A DNA stretch of 64,000 nucleotides, from assembly GCA_965226795.1 (NCBI GenBank), contig CBDDDZ010000003.1:512001-576000 (forward strand), in the 5' to 3' direction. A program made the translations under genes and the position numbers. The number at the start of each line of letters is the position of its first letter. Position 1 is the first letter of the stretch. The notes below the pieces were generated by a model. It had not been told where the DNA came from. It saw only the letters and a list, made by a program, of their open reading frames with translations, and ran no database searches. Of this stretch, positions 9,726 through 20,560 are shown piece after piece. Source of the DNA: Candidatus Latescibacterota bacterium (GTDB lineage Bacteria; Latescibacterota; UBA2968; GCA-2709665).

Positions 9726-10688
9726 CTACAGAGGCCCCTGGTGCCCGGCGCGGATGGCTTCGCACAGCCGCATGGTCTGTACGGCGTCGTCCAGAGTTGA
9801 CCATGGCTCGCGGTCTTCCAGAATGCAGTCGACGAAGTGGACGATCTCGTTGAAGCCGGCCCCGCCAACGGCCTCGATTTCGTCGTCCCCCACCGTAAAA
9901 GCCTCGCCCCGCTCATATCCCTCCACATTCGGCGCCCTCGTCAGATCGAGATAGACCGATAAATCTTCGGCGTGCACTTCTGCCCTCTGGATCCGATAAC
10001 CCACGCCGTAGTGGCTCATCAGGACCCCGAAAGCGCCTGTGTCGAAGCGCACAACGGCGTTGTGGCGATGGCATACGGGGCGCTCGCCATCCTGCACCAT
10101 CCCCCGCACCTCCACCGGTATCGCTGCTTCCTCCGGGCCGGGACCTGCCAACCAGCGGATCAGGTCCACGTGGTGAATGGCGTCGCAGATCACCGGATCC
10201 GGCGTTGCGGCCTTAAACCGGGTTACCCGTTTGTTGTACGTGGCTGCGACGTGTACCGCGCCCCCGCCCGCCTGGATCCGCCGCCGGACCGCCAGCACCT
10301 GGGGATAGTATCGCCGGTTAAACGATACGATGGCCTTGCCGGTGCTCTGCCGGGCGGCGCGCGCCATCTGCCCGGTCTCGTCGGTGTTCATCCCGGGCGA
10401 CTTCTCCACCGACGTGTGAATACCGCGTTCCAGGCAATCGAGCACGATGGGAAGCAGATGGCCGGGATCCGTGACGACGTACACGAGATCCGGCCGGCAC
10501 GCGTCGAGCATCTGACGGTAGTCCGACGAGGCCAGGTCCGGCGCCCATTCCGCCTTGTTTTTTTGGAGACGCTCCCCGTCGAGTTCCGCAATGCCCGCCA
10601 GCTGAAGGCGTGGCTCGTCGGCTATCATCCGCAGGTGTGACTGGGCATGGCCGCCGCAGCCGATAACCGCCGCTTTCAAGTCTGTCAT
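9726..10688 (-). CDS. Gfo/Idh/MocA oxidoreductase
   Basis: VIGCGG Rossmann motif, VEKSP, FNRRY, DAIHHVD. Confidence 0.9.
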   Translation of the reverse strand: MTDLKAAVIGCGGHAQSHLRMIADEPRLQLAGIAELDGERLQKNKAEWAPDLASSDYRQMLDACRPDLVYVVTDPGHLLPIVLDCLERGIHTSVEKSPGMNTDETGQMARAARQSTGKAIVSFNRRYYPQVLAVRRRIQAGGGAVHVAATYNKRVTRFKAATPDPVICDAIHHVDLIRWLAGPGPEEAAIPVEVRGMVQDGERPVCHRHNAVVRFDTGAFGVLMSHYGVGYRIQRAEVHAEDLSVYLDLTRAPNVEGYERGEAFTVGDDEIEAVGGAGFNEIVHFVDCILEDREPWSTLDDAVQTMRLCEAIRAGHQGPL

Positions 10689-10775
10689 GGTGAATTCCTT
10701 TCAAGGAGGGTAGACGGAAGAAGGAAATAGATAAGAAAGAAAAACGCGAAGATGTATAACGTCCCCTATTCCCTT

Positions 10776-10982
10776 GCCCTTTTTCTTGCTTCGCCCAAGA
10801 AAAAGGGCGAAAAAGAAGGGCGCCTGCCTGCCGAGCACGGCTCGGCGCAGGCAGGCCGCTCGGCGCGGGGCCGGTTTTTCCGTGAATTTCCTCAGTAGTG
10901 GAATTGGAAATCGGGTGGCCTATGAGCCCTCCAGGAGCTGCCGGTGTACGGAGATTTACGGAAGAACACGGAAAAACCCCCC
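10776..10982 (-). repeat. Structured dispersed element copy A3
   Basis: Stem variant CCGTG/CACGG, 82-nt loop, 33-bp insert, pseudoknot CGCCC/GGGCG. Confidence 0.9.
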
Positions 10983-11144
10983 GCTCCACCTCCGTCCGGT
11001 CATTAGTTATTCCTTGAAGTTCTGACGAGCGGAATGGCGCTTGTACCGCTCTTTGCTGTATGCCGATAGTTATCTGCCAAATGCTGACCGCTGATCGCTC
11101 CTCACCCCCAGGAAACCCCACCGTTCTCTAACACGATGCCTCTT

Positions 11145-11338
11145 GAGAGGACTACCAGAGCAGGGCGCGTTTTTCCGTCCCGCTCCAAATTACGATTTCC
11201 TCCGTGGTTGGCAGGGCAGCGGATTGGGTGGGTCCCGTGAAGTAATTCGCGCCATGCATAAAACAGGCCCCGCGCCCAGCGGCGACTTTTGGTTCCTTTT
11301 GGTCGCTTCAAAAGGAACACGCCGTAGGCAGGGAATTT
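11145..11338 (+). repeat. Structured dispersed element subtype B, copy B1
   Basis: GCAGGGCGCG/CGCGCCATGC stem, 78-nt loop with the same boxes, GCGAC-TTTTG-GTTCCTTTTG-GTCGC-TT-CAAAAGGAAC pseudoknot. Confidence 0.9.
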
Positions 11339-11674
11339 GTGGAAAGGTGGATTTTGATTTTGACTTTCCCCTATTGCCTTTGGCTGACCCCTGACCGCTA
11401 CGTAGGGTAACATCTGTTCGGGCACATAGATAACACTTTTCGTGGCGGCCCCTGCAGGCTGCCACGTGACCGTTGAGGTGAGAAGTGTCGATAACCGGAA
11501 CGGTCGCGCCCGGGGTCGATGCGGGCGCCGCAGCAACGTTCGACCGGGGGTAAAGCGAGTGCGAACGCGAGGCGCGTCCCTTTTTCTGTTGACACCTCTG
11601 GACTTCCAACAGTACCATGACACCAGCATTTTGCGTCGTTCTCTGGTGATTGTACAACATAGAGGAGGTCAGAA

Positions 11675-13429
11675 ATGGACCGCGAGGAGATGAGCCACGA
11701 GGAGAACTACTGTTTCGATATTTCGGGCTACCTGATCTTACGGGGCGTTCTGACTCCCAAAGAGGTCGAGGCCTGCAATCGGGCGCTCGAGAGCGAGGGC
11801 CGCGTGAGTGGGATGCTGGGATGGCCCGCACCGCATAGGGAGCCGTTCCGGGACCTGATGGTCCAACCCCTGCTGGTTGGGTACCTGAACCAGCTCATCG
11901 GATATGGTTTCCGGCTGGACCGGGAACCGGAGCTGATCGGCAAAGCGGATGGGGCTGCCGGTGGCCTCGTTGGCGGCAATGAACCGATGGACGCCGGCCG
12001 GGCGTACTACATCCTCAACGGCCGCCGGCACTGCCAGGGAATACACGCCATCTGGGCGCTGTCCGATACGAGCGCGGGAGATGGCGGGTTTTCGCTGGTC
12101 CCGTGCAGCCACAAAAGCAATGTGGGAACCCCCGAAGATGTGCTGACCGGGAGGGACGACCTGGGACTGACCGTGCAGCCGGTGCTGAAGGCGGGCGACC
12201 TGCTGCTTTGCGTGGCGACCCTGCTTCAGGGCGTACGTCCCGGAACGAGGGAGCACCCGCAGCGGCTGCTCTTGTACAAATACGCGGGGCACGCGGCGGT
12301 GCAATCCATCGGCACCGGACCGAAGACCCGACGGGAGGACCAGCCGGAATGGATGGCGGAATTGACGCCGGAGCAGCGTGTTATGCTGCACAAGCCGGGA
12401 TACGGGGATTCGGACCCGCCTCCCACGCTCAGCTCGGATGGAGAGACCTGTCGGGTGGACCCGGAACCCGACCTGTCCCACCCTTCCATCTATATCAAGA
12501 ATCCGGATTCGAACATCGACGAGAAGGAGTTCTATTTTTGGGACCTGTGCGGTAATCTCGTCCTCCGAAATGTGATGACTCCGGAAGACCTGGCGCTGGC
12601 GAACGAGGCGGTCGACCGGTTTACGGACCGCATCGTGGTTGAAAGCGTAGATCTGGCCAAGGGGTCCAAGAGCCTGGCCGGAACCGGGCGGCCCACCATG
12701 ACCGGCCTGCTTGAAATGCCCAGGCCCTACTGTGAACCGTTCCGGAAGATGCTCGCCCACCCGGCAGTGGTACACCGCCTCACCTGGATGGGTGGGAAGG
12801 GCTTCCGGTGTACGGGCTTTGAGGCGATCTGTACGGCCAGGGGAGGCGCCGGACATTTTCTTCATGGCGGCAACGAGCCGTTGAGTCCATCTCGCAACTA
12901 TACCTTCCAGAACGGCCGCAGCTATGCGCTGGGGGGCCCGTCCGTTGCGGTGGCCTGGCAATTGCGGGATGTCACCAAGAACGACGGGGGGTTTGCCTGC
13001 GTGCCGGGAAGCCACAAGGCGCAGTACAGCATCCCCAGGGGCGTTTGGACCTGCGACGAGGACATGGGGCTGGTGGTACATCCGCTGACAAAGGCCGGGG
13101 ACGTCATCTTTTTTATGGACGGCCCGCAGGCGCACGGTGCACTGGCGTGGAAGAGCGACGTCCCGCGCCGCGTAATCCTGACGCGGTACTCCTCGCGGCA
13201 CTTCAACGGGGGGGCGGCAATGGCGACCCCGGAGGAGCGATGGGGGGATCTTCTGGAGGGGATGGGTGGGGCGCAGCTGGCGATGATGCGGGGGCCGGAC
13301 CGCGACGAGAAGGGCAGCAACGTGCCGCGGCTGGTTTCGGAGAACGGAAAAATCGAGGTCGTTTACGACCGGAGTCAGGGTGGGCTTTACACCGGGGCGA
13401 CCCCAAAGGGGGCGCCGTCCAGGCGTTGA
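11675..13429 (+). CDS. Tandem two-domain PhyH-family (Fe/2OG dioxygenase fold) protein
   Basis: Two repeats each starting Y.FD..G.L.LR.V.T; GGF..VP.SHK motifs; domain 2 has HGG...HG, domain 1 lacks both His. Confidence 0.85.
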   Translation: MDREEMSHEENYCFDISGYLILRGVLTPKEVEACNRALESEGRVSGMLGWPAPHREPFRDLMVQPLLVGYLNQLIGYGFRLDREPELIGKADGAAGGLVGGNEPMDAGRAYYILNGRRHCQGIHAIWALSDTSAGDGGFSLVPCSHKSNVGTPEDVLTGRDDLGLTVQPVLKAGDLLLCVATLLQGVRPGTREHPQRLLLYKYAGHAAVQSIGTGPKTRREDQPEWMAELTPEQRVMLHKPGYGDSDPPPTLSSDGETCRVDPEPDLSHPSIYIKNPDSNIDEKEFYFWDLCGNLVLRNVMTPEDLALANEAVDRFTDRIVVESVDLAKGSKSLAGTGRPTMTGLLEMPRPYCEPFRKMLAHPAVVHRLTWMGGKGFRCTGFEAICTARGGAGHFLHGGNEPLSPSRNYTFQNGRSYALGGPSVAVAWQLRDVTKNDGGFACVPGSHKAQYSIPRGVWTCDEDMGLVVHPLTKAGDVIFFMDGPQAHGALAWKSDVPRRVILTRYSSRHFNGGAAMATPEERWGDLLEGMGGAQLAMMRGPDRDEKGSNVPRLVSENGKIEVVYDRSQGGLYTGATPKGAPSRR

Positions 13430-13551
13430 GACCCTGGGCCGGGTTCAGGCCCTCCATGCGGAACGGAGCAGTCCCCGGAGCGAGAACACCGCGCCGGGGT
13501 CTGCAGTTTCGGAGATGCGGGGACGGGGTTTGGTCCTACTGCCTATCCCTT

Positions 13552-13759
13552 GCCCTTTTTCTTGCATCGCCAAAGAAAAAGGGCGAAAAAGAAGGGCGCC
13601 TGCCTGCCGAGCACGGCTCGGCGCAGGCAGGCCGCTCAGACGTCGCGGGGCTGCTCTTCCGCGAATCGCTTCACGGGAGATTACCAGCGTCGTTTCCCTG
13701 CGGCCCATTGGAGCGATCCGGAACCACATTGCTGGACGGATTACCGCGGAAAAGCCCCC
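13552..13759 (-). repeat. Structured dispersed element copy A4
   Basis: Same architecture, 81-nt loop, 33-bp insert. Confidence 0.9.
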
Positions 13760-13894
13760 GCCCCGCCTTCGGGCGGGCGAGAGTTGGTCTGGATAAGACC
13801 GCCGCTTGTGCTTGTACCGCCTTTAGCCGACAGCTTACGGCTGATAGATCCTCGCTCACGGAATACCGATGTAAATACACTCGAAATGCCTTTC

Positions 13895-14090
13895 GAGAGG
13901 ACTGCCAGAGCAGAGCGCGCGGTTCCGTCCAGCAGCTCGGCCCCTGATATTCACCATTGTTTGCAGGGCAGCAGATCCCGTGTATCCCGTGAGATAATTC
14001 GCGCTGTGCATATGGCAGGCCCCGCGCCTAGCGGCGACTTTTGGTTCCTTTTGGTCGCTTCAAAAGGAACCCGCCGGAGGCAGGGAATTC
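13895..14090 (+). repeat. Structured dispersed element copy B2
   Basis: Same architecture as B1, 80-nt loop. Confidence 0.9.
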
Positions 14091-14212
14091 GGGGAGATGT
14101 AGTTTTTCGATCTAGTTTCGTGCCTCTGGCTGACCGCTGCTCGCTGCCATTGTTTCCCTTTGTGTCTTCGTGCCTTTGTGTGAGTTGATGTTCCCGCGCC
14201 AAGGCTGAATTT

Positions 14213-14237
14213 GTAGGGGCAACCCTTGTGGTTGCCC
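14213..14237 (+). repeat. GTAG-type REP-like palindrome
   Basis: GTAG-GGGCAACC-CTTGT-GGTTGCCC. Confidence 0.8.
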
Positions 14238-14359
14238 GCATACGGGCGCGGACATCGGCAATTAACGTCGCCAGGCCGAATCGCTAGCCGGTTTAAGCTG
14301 ACAGCTGTAAGCTGATGGCTAATAGCTTATTTTTCCTCCACCCGACAACTTATTTTTCC

Positions 14360-15319
14360 TCATCGGATCGTAACCGATGTTGAGGGGAGTTCGACGAGTT
14401 CGCGTGTGCGGGCGGATTCGTGCATGGCCATGAGGAGTTCGGTTGCGGCCCGGCCTTTTTCACCTGAGCTCCGGTGTTCGGGCCCGCCTTCGAGCCACGC
14501 GATCATTTCACGTGTCTGTTCGAACAAATCCGGGATGGGTTCTTCCTGAAATGTGGAGATGCCATTTTTGTCCGTGAGGATCACTTCGTTGATGTCGGCG
14601 TCTATCGTGCCTTCGCTTCCCAGAACGCGAAAGCGGAAGCCGTCTTTCGGTACCTTTTCGCCCATTTCGACGAGGGCGCGGGTTCCGGTTTTGAAGGCGA
14701 CAAGCCCCATGCTCGATTCTTCGGCGGGCGAACCCTGATACAGGGTGACGCGTTTGCGGGACGCCTGGCCCATCACCCAGTCCGCTTCCGGGTCGCCCAG
14801 AAGGTAGCGCATCATGTCCACGATGTGGGTGCCGTTGTCCACAAGGCAACTGGTGAGATAACACCAGACGAGGCGGGGTTCTCCTATTGCGCCCTCCGCG
14901 ATCAGGCGGCGCGCCTTGTTGAAGTTGGGGTTCTGTCGGTGGCGATGGGCAATGACAAGCCGAGTGTTGCTCTGCCGGCAGGCGTGGATCATCGCATCGG
15001 CGTCGTCCAGGCTCAGGCACATGGGTTTTTCGCAAAGTACGCCTTTTGCCCCCGCGTTTGCCGCGGCGATGGTCTGCTCGGCGTGGACCTTCGGGTAGGT
15101 GCATACGCTGACGAGATCGATGTCGCGCTCGTGGCTGAAGAGTTCCCGGTGGGACGCATATCGACCCGAAATATTGAATTGGTCGCTGGTTCTATTGAGG
15201 TTCTCCGGGTTGATGTCGCAGGCGGCAACCAGTTGGACGCCGCCCTGTTCCAGGTAGGCTCTCGCATGGCGGCCGGAGATGCCGCCGCAGCCGATGAGGG
15301 CCGCTCGGTAGGAGGGCAT
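14360..15319 (-). CDS. Gfo/Idh/MocA oxidoreductase
   Basis: LIGCGGIS, LCEKPM, DNGTHIVD. Confidence 0.92.
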   Translation of the reverse strand: MPSYRAALIGCGGISGRHARAYLEQGGVQLVAACDINPENLNRTSDQFNISGRYASHRELFSHERDIDLVSVCTYPKVHAEQTIAAANAGAKGVLCEKPMCLSLDDADAMIHACRQSNTRLVIAHRHRQNPNFNKARRLIAEGAIGEPRLVWCYLTSCLVDNGTHIVDMMRYLLGDPEADWVMGQASRKRVTLYQGSPAEESSMGLVAFKTGTRALVEMGEKVPKDGFRFRVLGSEGTIDADINEVILTDKNGISTFQEEPIPDLFEQTREMIAWLEGGPEHRSSGEKGRAATELLMAMHESARTRELVELPSTSVTIR

Positions 15320-15393
15320 TGGTGTCGCTCCGTGTGACGGGTTTGGACGATGGGCCTGCGAGAATCGGCCCCGTACGGTTCAAACGCCGGAGA

Positions 15394-16332
15394 TCAGGGA
15401 GTCCAGGATTTCGCGCGCTTCGCGTATTCTCGCGCCTGCGCGAAGATATCCACGCCGACCTCCTCCGACCAGGCTTCAATGAGACGTCGATACACGGGTC
15501 CGGGACGGCCTGTGCCGACCGGCTGAAAGTTGAAACGGGTGATGGGGACCATGCAGATCGTGGTCGACGTGTACCACGCTTCGTCGGCGTCGCGTACATC
15601 GTAGGGTTCGATATTGGTTTCCCGGACGGGGATGTTCAACCGTTCGGCCAGCTCCATGCAGGCCTGTCGGGAAATTCCGCGCAGGATATCGTGGGGTTTG
15701 GGGGTGAGGATCTCGCCGTTGAGGACGATGAAAAAGTTGTTGCCGGTGCCTTCGGTGATGAACCCATGCTCGTCGGTGAGGAGGGCGCTGGCTCCGTCTT
15801 CCATGCGTTGCGCCTGCAAATTGGCAAGCTGGTAGTAGATCCGGCTGCGGTTTTTTGCTTTAGGATCTATGTAGCGGGCCGGTACGGATTGCTGGGGCGT
15901 GACCACAAAATGAGCCCCCTGCACGTAATAGTGAGCGGTGCCGCCGACGTGGCGCACGAGCGGGATGACATTGATGGTAACGATCGGACGCAGGCCTTCC
16001 CCGACGAGCGTGTCGTACAGGGGAAGGGCGCCCCGGGTGACGTTGTGCATAATCTGGTAGTCCAGGCCTTCCAACGCGGGTAGATTCCGTTCTATGGTCT
16101 CCCCGGTGGCGGCTTCCATCTCTTCAATGCTCAGGCCGCAATCGATTTCGGCGTATTTCATGGACGCGTATAGCCGGTCCAGGTGGTTGCGCAGGCGGTA
16201 GGGTTTTTGCTTGAATGAGCGGGTCATTTCAAATACCATGTCCCCGAACATGAGGGCCGAGTCGAAAATGGAGATGCGGGCGTCGCGTTCGGAGACGAAG
16301 TTGCCGTTGAAGTAGACGAGGCGCTGAGGCAT
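15394..16332 (-). CDS. Class IV aminotransferase (BCAT/D-amino-acid aminotransferase/PabC family)
   Basis: DSALMFGDMVFE, HLDRL, AKNRSR, EGTGNNFF, ILRGISR; start re-called to MPQRLVY. Confidence 0.92.
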   Translation of the reverse strand: MPQRLVYFNGNFVSERDARISIFDSALMFGDMVFEMTRSFKQKPYRLRNHLDRLYASMKYAEIDCGLSIEEMEAATGETIERNLPALEGLDYQIMHNVTRGALPLYDTLVGEGLRPIVTINVIPLVRHVGGTAHYYVQGAHFVVTPQQSVPARYIDPKAKNRSRIYYQLANLQAQRMEDGASALLTDEHGFITEGTGNNFFIVLNGEILTPKPHDILRGISRQACMELAERLNIPVRETNIEPYDVRDADEAWYTSTTICMVPITRFNFQPVGTGRPGPVYRRLIEAWSEEVGVDIFAQAREYAKRAKSWTP

Positions 16333-16353
16333 TGGCGTACCTTTAAAAAGGCA

Positions 16354-16448
16354 GTAAGAAGGAAGACGTGAGAAGTGAGACGTGAGAAAAGACAAAAAAC
16401 AACCCGGTTTCGGGTGGCCCTCGTATCTCTTACGTCTAGAGTCTTGCC
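16354..16448. repeat. Inverted pair of heptamer arrays
   Basis: gtaagaa ggaagac gtgagaa gtgagac gtgagaa, then tcgtatc tcttacg tctagag tcttgcc. Confidence 0.6.
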
Positions 16449-16636
16449 AAACAAAAATCAACGATAAGCAAGGAAGATGGTAGAAGTGAGGCAAAGCAAA
16501 ACCAATCGGGGTGGAAAGGTCTTCTTTCCTCTTGCTGTCTTCTATATATACGATCGGTTCTGGTGGAATTCAAGCGATGTAATGGCACGTGTCCGAGCGG
16601 TCGTCCAACCGGCCGTTTGAGGTGAGGAATATCGCA

Positions 16637-17893
16637 ATGAAAATCTCGGAGATTGAGGTGATTCCGCTGCGGGTTCCGTATGAAGCCCGAATCCGGAAGA
16701 CGTACCACCACTTCGCGATGCTGGAGGACGTGACGGTTTACAGATTTCATACGAATACCGGGCTTGTGGGACTGGGTGAAAACGGGGGATCGCCTTTCGA
16801 CAAAGAGACGCTAAACGCATATATCGGGACGGATCCGTTCGATCACGTAATGGGTCGGGGGCGTTTCAACCTGGATATGGCGTGCTACGATCTCATGGGG
16901 AAGCACCTGGGGTTGCCCGCGTGGAAGGTGATGGGGCAGCAGGAGCGTCATTGGGTGGCGATGGGGTGGTGGATGCCGAGCATGTCGCCGGAGGATACGG
17001 CGGCGGAAGTCCAGGTGGCGGCGGGTCGCGGGTACCGTGGGTTGAAGTGCAAGGCGCGGGCATTTTACGACGTTATAGAATGCGCACAGGCGATTCAGGA
17101 CGTGGCGCCGCCGGATTTCCGCGTGGAATTCGACTTCAACGGCGCACTGATTTGCGTGGAAAGAGCGCTGCCCGTGTTACGGGCGCTGGAGAAAATTCCC
17201 GTCGTCAAGGGCGTCGAGGAGCCCATCTTCGCATACGATATCGAAGGGTGGCGCAGGCTGCACCGGGAGATCCGCATCCCGTTCTATCTGCACGGCGTGC
17301 GCGTGCTTTCCGAGGCGGCCTCCAGGCAGCCGTCCGGGCCATGGACAGGGCTGCGGGCCGGCGACTTTGAAGGCGCGTTGTGCAGCCACGAGTGCGTCCG
17401 GGATGCGCTGGCGGCGGGGTGGACATTCGCCGCGGCGAATACGCCGATCCTGCTGCAATACGTGGGAACGGGTATTACGACGGCGTTTGCACTTCATTTG
17501 GGAGCGGCGATGCCGACGGCGACGTTGCCGGGGGTGACGGCCAGCCATTCCTATGAAGACGATTTGATTGTAGACCCACATCCCATTCAGAGGGGTTTTA
17601 TGAAGGTCCCGGAGGCGCCGGGCCTGGGCGTGGTCCTGGACGAGGAAGCCGTGGCGAAGTACGGAGCGTCGCCCGCGGCGGAATGGCCCCGGCATCTGTC
17701 GGTGGTGACGTTTCCAGGCGGCGTCAAGCACTATTATCGAAATCTGCAGCAGGCGGAGCGGTTAATGAAGCAGGGCGTGGACGAGTCCTTCGCGCCCGGC
17801 GTGCGGCTGGATGAATGGGAGGACGACGGCAGCGAGGCGTTCGACGGGTTGTGGAAGCGGCTGCAGGCACAGGATTGGCCGGTGTGGGACTGA
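16637..17893 (+). CDS. Mandelate racemase/muconate lactonizing enzyme (enolase superfamily)
   Basis: DMACYDLMGKHLGLP, KCK, DFN, EEP, PGLGVVLD. Confidence 0.9.
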   Translation: MKISEIEVIPLRVPYEARIRKTYHHFAMLEDVTVYRFHTNTGLVGLGENGGSPFDKETLNAYIGTDPFDHVMGRGRFNLDMACYDLMGKHLGLPAWKVMGQQERHWVAMGWWMPSMSPEDTAAEVQVAAGRGYRGLKCKARAFYDVIECAQAIQDVAPPDFRVEFDFNGALICVERALPVLRALEKIPVVKGVEEPIFAYDIEGWRRLHREIRIPFYLHGVRVLSEAASRQPSGPWTGLRAGDFEGALCSHECVRDALAAGWTFAAANTPILLQYVGTGITTAFALHLGAAMPTATLPGVTASHSYEDDLIVDPHPIQRGFMKVPEAPGLGVVLDEEAVAKYGASPAAEWPRHLSVVTFPGGVKHYYRNLQQAERLMKQGVDESFAPGVRLDEWEDDGSEAFDGLWKRLQAQDWPVWD

Positions 17894-17914
17894 TTCTGAG
17901 AGAGGTGCGGATAG

Positions 17915-18877
17915 ATGAGAGCGGCTAGATTGGTCGCGCCCCGGCGGTGGGAACTGGCCGAGGTGGAAAGACCCCGGGCGACAGAGGAGATGATGCTGGT
18001 GCGCCTGGAGCGGGTGGGCATCTGCGGGACGGACAGACCGGCGTTTTCCGGAACGGGCGGTTCCTACCCGATGGGTCTGGGTGAGACGGGTCATGAGGGT
18101 CTGGGCATTGTGGAGGCCTGTTCTTCAGGCGCCTTTAACGCCGGCGATCGGGTGCTGCTTTGGGGGTTCGACCGGGGGCTGTTCCAGGAATACGTGCTGG
18201 CCGATCCGGCCGGATGCGTGAAGCTGCCGACGGACCTTGAACCGGAGGTGGCGCTGATGAGCCAGTTGCTGGGGACGGTCATCCACTGTTTCTATAAACT
18301 GGGCAACGTTATCAACCTGAAGGCGGTGGTGATCGGGCAGGGGCCGGTGGGCCAACTCTTCAACGCGACGCTGCGCAACCTGGGCGCCAGGGATATTATC
18401 GGGGTGGATCCGCTTCCCCACCGGCTGGAAGTGTCTCCGAAGATGGGCGCGACCCATACGATCAACCCGGATACGTGCGACCTGGCGAAGGCCGTATCGG
18501 AGATAACGGGCGGGGAGATGGCGGACCTGGCGGTGGAGGCCGTGGGCAGGGAGGCCACCTTCAACCTTTGCGGCGATTTGCTGCGCCGGAACGGCACGCT
18601 GGTTTACTTCGGGGTGCCGAACAAGGAGAATGCGGAGGGGCGGATGACGCTTGCGTTCATGGAGATGTTCAGGAAGGAACTCCAGATCGTGACGTCGGTA
18701 GGTCCGAATCCGGACATGGATTTTACCATCGCACTGGACTGGATCGCGCAGCGCCGGCTGGACGTGCGGCCCATTTTGACGCACCTGCTGCCATTCGAGA
18801 GAATCCAGGAGGCGTTCGAATTGGCTTTTGAGCATCCTGAGACGGATGGCGCAGTTAAGGTGGTTCTGGCATTTTGA
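17915..18877 (+). CDS. Zinc-binding alcohol dehydrogenase (MDR family)
   Basis: GICGTD, GHEG, GQGPVG motifs. Confidence 0.92.
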   Translation: MRAARLVAPRRWELAEVERPRATEEMMLVRLERVGICGTDRPAFSGTGGSYPMGLGETGHEGLGIVEACSSGAFNAGDRVLLWGFDRGLFQEYVLADPAGCVKLPTDLEPEVALMSQLLGTVIHCFYKLGNVINLKAVVIGQGPVGQLFNATLRNLGARDIIGVDPLPHRLEVSPKMGATHTINPDTCDLAKAVSEITGGEMADLAVEAVGREATFNLCGDLLRRNGTLVYFGVPNKENAEGRMTLAFMEMFRKELQIVTSVGPNPDMDFTIALDWIAQRRLDVRPILTHLLPFERIQEAFELAFEHPETDGAVKVVLAF

Positions 18878-18989
18878 TGGTGGCCACTTTGAGGTGATGG
18901 AACGACAGTTTGCGGTTCGGCACGTGGCAGACCGCAGGCATTCCGCATCGAGTCGCCCGGGTGGATGGTAACGGGAGCACGTGTCGGCC

Positions 18990-20534
18990 ATGAGTTGGAT
19001 ACTTGCCGCTTTATTGCTCTGGCCGATGCCGGGGCATGCCGAGGAGAGACCGCTGATGCAAATTTCAACGACGATAGATTTCGGTCACGACGTGGGGCAG
19101 AATTGGGGTTCGCTGTTTGAAGCCCGCAACTCGGAGGGCCGCGTGGCAATGGGGGCGGGCTTTACCGGCGTATACAATACGGCGTTCAGGATGGATCGGT
19201 TCACGTTGCAGTTTTTCCTCCGCGACGACGAGGCGGAAGCGCAATTCGAGACACTGCCGCCTTCCACGGAGGATGGGGGGAGCTACCTGTTCGATCTGGA
19301 TGGCCGGGTGTACTCGTGCAGCTATCACCAGGACCGGACGGCACGATGGTGGGACGACGAGGCGGGCGCGTGGCAGGTAGACGAGAGCTTCGGCGTGGGT
19401 GAAACCGTGGCAGGCGACGGAAAAATGCGGGTTGCCGGGAAGATATTCCAGTTCAAAGGGGGCGAAGCCTGGTACGACGGCGAGCGGATCCTGGAAAGGC
19501 CCGCGTCGGGGTATTTTCACCATTTCTATTACGCCCTGGGTTACCTGACGTTTTTCCACAAAGACGACGAGTCGGATCCACCGTATACCACGCTGTACGC
19601 GGCGCCCTGGACGCCGGGAAATGCATCTGTCGACCTGGAAAATGCGGTGACGCTGGATCTGAAGTATCCCCAGGAGACGCCGTTCTCCATTGGACAACTC
19701 GGAGACGAGATCGTGAACTCGTCCAATATGGGGGGTGTATACGTATTTGACGGGTCCAGGTGGAAGGTGGTGCGTGCGTCGCTGGCGGGAGTGAGTTTTC
19801 AGCTCTATTCGATGTTGAACTGGTACGACGAGCTGTTGATCGCACAGTACCCGACGGGAAACCTGTTCAAGTACGATGGCAGGGAACTTCGCCACCTGAA
19901 AGACTGGCCGCCGGTGATGCCGGGTGTGTCGGGCTCCGCGCGGGAGGCTCAGACAACGGCGATTTACGGCGGCGACCTCTATGTGGGAGTGTGGCCCTGG
20001 TCCGAGCTGTGGCGGTTCGACGCGCACGAGAACAAGTGGCTTTTCGTGAAGCGGATGTTCCGGACACCGGCGATTACGGACGAGATGACGCATCCGTGGG
20101 AGGATCGGCTGGTCGCGTACAACGAGGAACACGGCGCCGACCTCGTGATCAATGATTGGGGACAGCGCGTGACCGGCCTGGGGCCAATGGGAGATGCGCT
20201 TTATCTGTCCGTGAGTGCCAAGGGCTGCCCTGTGCGTGACATGCGGCATTCATTCCTGCACGATGACGAGGTGTGGAACCAGTACCGCAGGGTCCACCGG
20301 GTGCGAAAACCCGGCAGCGTTTCCGTGCCCGTCGCATGGACGGGAGAACCGACGACGCTGGTGTTTACGATAGGCACGGAAACGATCAGCATCGCGCAGG
20401 ACGGCCGGATTCTGGGTTCGGCGCAAATCCGCGCCGGGCGGGCGGCGGAGGCGGCAAAGGACGTGGATATACAATGGGGCCACGGCATGTTCGGACCCCT
20501 TCGGGCGGAGATGCAGTCGAACGCGGTTGATTGA
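18990..20534 (+). CDS. Secreted hypothetical protein, aromatic-rich, probable beta-propeller
   Basis: Signal peptide; repeated YVFDG.RW / FKYDG / WRFD motifs; operonic position. Confidence 0.6.
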   Translation: MSWILAALLLWPMPGHAEERPLMQISTTIDFGHDVGQNWGSLFEARNSEGRVAMGAGFTGVYNTAFRMDRFTLQFFLRDDEAEAQFETLPPSTEDGGSYLFDLDGRVYSCSYHQDRTARWWDDEAGAWQVDESFGVGETVAGDGKMRVAGKIFQFKGGEAWYDGERILERPASGYFHHFYYALGYLTFFHKDDESDPPYTTLYAAPWTPGNASVDLENAVTLDLKYPQETPFSIGQLGDEIVNSSNMGGVYVFDGSRWKVVRASLAGVSFQLYSMLNWYDELLIAQYPTGNLFKYDGRELRHLKDWPPVMPGVSGSAREAQTTAIYGGDLYVGVWPWSELWRFDAHENKWLFVKRMFRTPAITDEMTHPWEDRLVAYNEEHGADLVINDWGQRVTGLGPMGDALYLSVSAKGCPVRDMRHSFLHDDEVWNQYRRVHRVRKPGSVSVPVAWTGEPTTLVFTIGTETISIAQDGRILGSAQIRAGRAAEAAKDVDIQWGHGMFGPLRAEMQSNAVD

Positions 20535-20560
20535 CGCCCATCATTACGAGGGTCAGAAAA

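Noticed and set aside
10776..11338. Riboswitch role for the element
   Set aside because: Copies also lie between convergent genes and antisense to operons.
11738..13201. Long antisense or alternative-frame ORFs (also 19065-20249, 23769-25157, 44401-45315, 51557-52612)
   Set aside because: Shadow ORFs of GC-rich genes with no recognisable motifs.
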